Source of the DNA: Clostridia bacterium
Lineage (GTDB): Bacteria; Bacillota; Clostridia; Christensenellales; DTU072
Assembly: GCA_024685275.1 (NCBI GenBank)
Contig: JAIKVY010000246.1
Coordinates: forward strand, 10 to 64,009
Length of the DNA: 64,000 nucleotides
Direction: 5' to 3'
Below the pieces are notes generated by a model. It had not been told where the DNA came from. It did not search any database and was given only the letters and a program-made list of their open reading frames with translations. The translations under genes and the position numbers were made by a program. Each line of letters opens with the position of its first letter. Position 1 is the first letter of the stretch. This document shows positions 61,468 to 64,000 of the stretch, piece after piece.

Positions 61468-62001
61468 ATGAATTTTGAAGGAAAGAAAGTATTAATAGCA
61501 TATTTTTCTCATATTGGAGAAACATTTTCTAATGGGGATACAGTTGAGTTAACAAAAGGAAACACAGAAACAATAGCAAAGCATTTAGCAAAAAAATTCA
61601 ATGCAAATATGTTTAAAATTGAAACTAAACAAATATACCCAGTTGATTACAAGCAATGTTCAGAAATAGCAAAACAAGAACAAGAATCAAACATCAGACC
61701 AGAACTTGTAAAAAATTGTAGCATAGAAGGTTATGATGTAATTATTTTAGGATTTCCATGCTGGTGGAGATCAGTCCCAATGGCAGTATTAACATTTTTA
61801 GATTCTCATGATTTTACTGGCAAAACAATTTTACCTTATTCAACACATGAATGGAGCGGAAAAGCTAATAGTGAAACAGATATTAGAAGAGCATGCCCAA
61901 CAGCAAATCTTTTAGAAGGATTTACAATTCATGGAACATGGGTAAATACATCAGAAGATAAAGCATTAGCATTTGTTGATAAGTGGTTTGAAGAAAACTA
62001 A
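61468..62001 (+). CDS. Flavodoxin-family protein
   Basis: The KVLIAYFSHIGET start and the ILGFPCWWRSVP motif are typical of short flavodoxin-like (Flavodoxin_4-type) proteins. An AAAGGAAA RBS is present. Confidence 0.6.
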   Translation: MNFEGKKVLIAYFSHIGETFSNGDTVELTKGNTETIAKHLAKKFNANMFKIETKQIYPVDYKQCSEIAKQEQESNIRPELVKNCSIEGYDVIILGFPCWWRSVPMAVLTFLDSHDFTGKTILPYSTHEWSGKANSETDIRRACPTANLLEGFTIHGTWVNTSEDKALAFVDKWFEEN

Positions 62002-62036
62002 TTAAGGCATACCCTTTTAAGTGATAATTAAATCAT

Positions 62037-62070
62037 AAGCACCTAAGATAACATCAAAGGTGCTTTATTA
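62037..62070 (+). terminator. Terminator candidate after the flavodoxin gene
   Basis: AAGCACCT-13 nt-AGGTGCTT forms an 8-bp stem, followed by a weak T-tract (TATTAAT). Confidence 0.5.
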
Positions 62071-62196
62071 ATGTTTAATTGATATTTTTAAATGTAAAAT
62101 TCATATTATTTACATAGTTTTTATTTAATATCTCTTGATATATAATATAACAAACTATATAATTTTATTATAACAAATGTTATATAGGTGATTTAA

Positions 62197-63072
62197 ATGA
62201 AAGAATTAATAAGACAAATTAGACGGTATACTGGATTAAACCAAATTGAAATGGCTGCAAAATTAGGTGTTAGTTTTGCTACAATAAATCGATGGGAGAA
62301 TGGGCACTCTGAACCTACTCGTCTTGCGCAGGATAGTCTTTATATGTTATGTGAGAATATGGATGTACCAGTATATGAAATGATTATTGAAAAAATAAAG
62401 CGAGAAGAATCTTCTATTTCGTTAAATAGAGGCCATATTTTGTTATATCATGGTTCAAAAAGTGGTTTAAATGGAGATATAAAACCAGTGAGTCGAGAAA
62501 AATGTGATTTTGGTAAAGGGTTTTATATGGGAACAACTCTTGAACAGACATTGACTCTTATTTGTGATTTTGAAGAATCAAAATTTTATATTGTTTCAAT
62601 TAATATCAATGGACTTGAAAGAGTGGAAATTCCAGCAAATATAGATTGGGCTATGGTAGTTGCATATTATCGTGGGCGTATGGAAAGAATAAAGGGGAGT
62701 AAGTTTTATAATAAATATAGTTCAATTACTAGTGGAAAAGATTTGGCTATTGGTGATATTGCAGATGATAGAATGTTTTATGTAATAGATAACTTTTTCT
62801 TAGAAAACATTACAGATGTTGCACTTGTGAATAGTTTATCAGCACTTGAACTAGGCAAACAATATGTTGCTCTTACGGAAAAGGCATGTAAGGCAATAAA
62901 AATAGAAAAAGAAATACCAATTTCATTTTTTGAAAAGAAAGTTATACAAAAGGTTAGCAAAGAAAATCGTCAGAAAGGAATTGATCTTGCTAATAATATT
63001 TGCAAATCATATCGTCGAGAAGGAAAGTTTTTTGATGAAATTTTAGATGATGCAATAAAGGATGATAAATAA
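62197..63072 (+). CDS. XRE-family HTH domain fused to a DUF3990-like domain
   Basis: The N-terminus LNQIEMAAKLGVSFATINRWENGHSEP is a Cro/C1-type HTH. Residues ~80-200, LLYHGSKSGLNGDIKPVSREKCDFGKGFYMGTTLEQT, match the LYHGS...DFG.GFY signature I associate with DUF3990. An AGGTGA RBS is present. Confidence 0.6.
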   Translation: MKELIRQIRRYTGLNQIEMAAKLGVSFATINRWENGHSEPTRLAQDSLYMLCENMDVPVYEMIIEKIKREESSISLNRGHILLYHGSKSGLNGDIKPVSREKCDFGKGFYMGTTLEQTLTLICDFEESKFYIVSININGLERVEIPANIDWAMVVAYYRGRMERIKGSKFYNKYSSITSGKDLAIGDIADDRMFYVIDNFFLENITDVALVNSLSALELGKQYVALTEKACKAIKIEKEIPISFFEKKVIQKVSKENRQKGIDLANNICKSYRREGKFFDEILDDAIKDDK

Positions 63073-63488
63073 TGAATAATTTGGAACTAAAAATATGCGA
63101 TATACAAGGTCGGCTTTTTGAACTGTTTATAAACACGGAATATGATGCAGAAAGCTTAGTAAAAGCATTTATGAATAGTGAAATAGCTAAAAATCTTGAT
63201 TCTGATTATAATCGTATGCAATGGGTTGGAGAAGAGTATCTTTTAGATGAACTTATTGATACTTGCAAAGATAAGTTGAAATTGAAAAAAGAAAGTACGT
63301 CAAAAGAAGTTTTATTTTGGATGGGGTACGTTTATCGTTATTGGCATTTTTATACAAAAGAAGGTAGCAGCAAAATTTATAAGCAAGCCTCTTTTGAAAC
63401 AATGAATATTAACTATTTAATGTTTCATACTATGGATGTTGAAATAGCAATAGGTGACCTAAAAGAAATTTACAATCAAAAGAAATAG
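63072..63488 (+). CDS. Hypothetical protein, translationally coupled partner of the HTH-DUF3990 gene (possibly DUF3791-like)
   Basis: The start overlaps the upstream stop (TAATG). It is 138 aa, acidic and looks helical. The C-terminal ...NYLMFHTMDVEIAIGDL resembles the LHT-containing end of DUF3791 proteins, which usually neighbour DUF3990. This call is tentative. Confidence 0.4.
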   Translation: MNNLELKICDIQGRLFELFINTEYDAESLVKAFMNSEIAKNLDSDYNRMQWVGEEYLLDELIDTCKDKLKLKKESTSKEVLFWMGYVYRYWHFYTKEGSSKIYKQASFETMNINYLMFHTMDVEIAIGDLKEIYNQKK

Positions 63489-63655
63489 TTCTTAATCTCG
63501 TATTGAATGTTTAATTATCTTTATCATATGTTTTGGAGTGTACACCAGTTTTATAATGTGTTTGATGATAGATAATTATTTTTTTATTAGTCAAGATATC
63601 AACAAAAATAATTGCTTAATTATGTAAAATGATACAATATTATGGAACAATAATT

Positions 63656-64000
63656 ATGAGCAACACAATAAAGAAATTTTTTGGAGATATAGATATATTA
63701 AATGGACCAATACTTAAAAACGTATTGCTCTTTGCTTTGCCTATAGCTCTAAGTGGAATTCTCCAATTATTATTTAATTCTGCAGATGTCGCTGTAATAG
63801 GGTTATATGAAAATAGCATTTCTCAAGCAGCAGTTAATAGTAATGGTGCAATCGTAAATTTAATAGTTCAACTATTTATTGGGTTATCAACAGGAGCAAC
63901 TGTTTTAATAGCTAAAAATATAGGTGGTGGAAATACTGATGATATTAAAAGTATGGTCTTTACATCTTTATTTATAGCAATTATTTCTGGCTTTATAGTC
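63656..64000 (+). CDS. MATE-family efflux transporter, N-terminal 115 codons (runs off the 3' window edge)
   Basis: This ORF is not in the supplied track. Translation from ATG 63656 gives MSNTIKKFFGDIDILNGPILKNVLLFALPIALSGILQLLFNSADVAVIG...LSTGATVLIAKNIGG, the typical MATE N-terminus. The frame is open to nt 64000. Confidence 0.75.
   Translation, partial: MSNTIKKFFGDIDILNGPILKNVLLFALPIALSGILQLLFNSADVAVIGLYENSISQAAVNSNGAIVNLIVQLFIGLSTGATVLIAKNIGGGNTDDIKSMVFTSLFIAIISGFIV

Noticed and set aside
58542-62960. Shadow ORFs at 58542-58847, 58920-59105, 59780-60238 and 62778-62960.
   Set aside because: They are antisense to ohrR, copA and the HTH-DUF3990 gene, with no independent support.
1-64000. 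Mollicutes-type genetic code (TGA = Trp).
   Set aside because: Trp is encoded by TGG throughout (e.g. WCGPC in trxA). TGA ends the 55377-55898 gene at a position consistent with family length. The giant ORFs contain no in-frame TGA.
1-64000. CRISPR arrays, tRNA/rRNA genes, transposases/integrases, prophage genes.
   Set aside because: I scanned the intergenic regions (7303-7475, 13766-13974, 15372-15780, 53233-53412, 55264-55376, 55899-56101, 56555-56691, 61339-61467, 62002-62196, 63489-63655). None shows direct-repeat/spacer structure, cloverleaf-like GC-rich segments or mobile-element ORFs.

Overview
This is strongly AT-rich bacterial chromosomal DNA (by eye roughly 70% A+T; not computed). 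It uses the standard genetic code: Trp is TGG, and TGA terminates, for example, the gene ending at 55898. GGAGG-type ribosome-binding sites, a CIRCE operator and tilS-hpt linkage suggest a low-GC Bacillota/Mycoplasmatota-like organism (inference only; no searches were possible).

Layout:
(i) nt 1-7302 is the 3' >=7.3 kb of a giant + strand gene that is still open at the 5' window edge. It runs from a helical region through Ig-like/MBG-like beta-sandwich repeats to a C-terminal right-handed beta-helix.
(ii) nt 7.4-15.4 kb is a minus-strand housekeeping block: a decayed purine-nucleoside-phosphorylase pseudogene, mscL, an HD hydrolase, cca, hpt, tilS, an Fe-alcohol dehydrogenase, a HAD hydrolase and a LOG/TIGR00725-family protein.
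(iii) nt 15781-53232 is one uninterrupted 37,452-nt ORF encoding a 12,483-aa predicted lipoprotein.
(iv) nt 53.3-64 kb holds a CIRCE-controlled htpG, a metallophosphoesterase, a zinc-ribbon membrane protein, a tightly packed gpx / TrxR-like / trxA / ohrR / copA / copZ unit, a flavodoxin, an HTH-DUF3990 fusion with a translationally coupled partner, and the 5' end of a MATE transporter.

No rRNA, tRNA, CRISPR array, transposase or integrase was seen.

The stand-out is the giant lipoprotein. Its first ~8,380 aa are built from at least 14 highly diverged copies of a ~300-400-aa module that I cannot assign to any known family. The module has a conserved beta-hairpin signature, consensus roughly h-x-h-Y-h-x(2-12)-G-x-h-Y-h-D-L-S-x-L-G-h-x-P-h-x-h. 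Some copies are split by nested alpha-helical insertions of up to ~2,360 aa. The last ~4,100 aa form an adhesin-like array of prealbumin-like and Ig-like modules, interrupted by an odd hydrophobic helical patch.

All domain boundaries are manual estimates. All family assignments rest on motif recognition, not database searches.
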